Shown: positions 63,968 to 64,000 of the stretch, piece after piece
Layout of the letters: each line of letters begins with the position of its first letter
Numbering within the stretch: position 1 is the first letter of the stretch
Sequence record: LR745206.1
Length of the DNA stretch: 64,000 nt
Direction: 5' to 3' (one strand)
Made by a program: the position numbers and the translations under genes
Notes under the pieces: model-generated
Seen by the model: the letters and a program-made list of their open reading frames with translations, nothing else
Database searches by the model: none
Told to the model about the DNA's origin: nothing

Positions 63968-64000
63968 ACTTGTATATATTAAATAGTTTTATTATATTTG

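Noticed and set aside
1-64000. Genome-wide TAG reassignment (code 15-like)
   Set aside because: Genes over 1000 aa contain no internal TAG, TAG ends ordinary genes (23774, 49211), and no CTA-anticodon tRNA was seen in the window; the in-frame TAGs are local
1-64000. CRISPR array, rRNA, integrase or transposase
   Set aside because: No regularly spaced repeat-spacer series, rRNA-length conserved segment or recombinase motifs seen; GTCGTGAGAC at about 25508 matches a 23S fragment but is only a 10-nt GNRA hairpin

Overview
AT-rich 64 kb segment of a very large (jumbo/huge) tailed phage. The host is inferred to be Bacteroidota because TAnnTTTG -7 promoter boxes sit upstream of most plus-strand operons. 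Content: DNA methylase, NAD-dependent ligase, ECF-type sigma factor, several peptidases, large putative virion and tail-fibre genes, and a dense translation/tRNA toolkit (S1-like, L7/L12-like, SmpB, YqeY, Pth2-like, Thg1-like, two RNA ligases, a nucleotidyltransferase, AspRS, miniature HisRS/GlyRS/AlaRS, about 29 tRNAs and 4 aberrant tRNA-like genes). Main discovery candidate: the tRNA genes are sorted into amino-acid-specific blocks, and each block is preceded by a short unannotated leader ORF enriched in the same amino acids (His/Phe/Trp; Lys; Ser/Arg; Tyr/Glu; Ile/Gly/Ala). In four of the five blocks the leader is followed by an intrinsic terminator with a competing antiterminator inside the leader, and the same architecture precedes AspRS and HisRS. 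This looks like ribosome-mediated attenuation regulating phage tRNA supply. Also notable: an operon whose leader and two genes carry an in-frame TAG at codon 3 or 4 in the context TAG-ATT-A, a circularly permuted tRNA-Cys, a D-arm-shuffled tRNA-Arg, and a roughly 430 nt structured ncRNA candidate. All pairings and coordinates were read by eye; no searches or folding were run.
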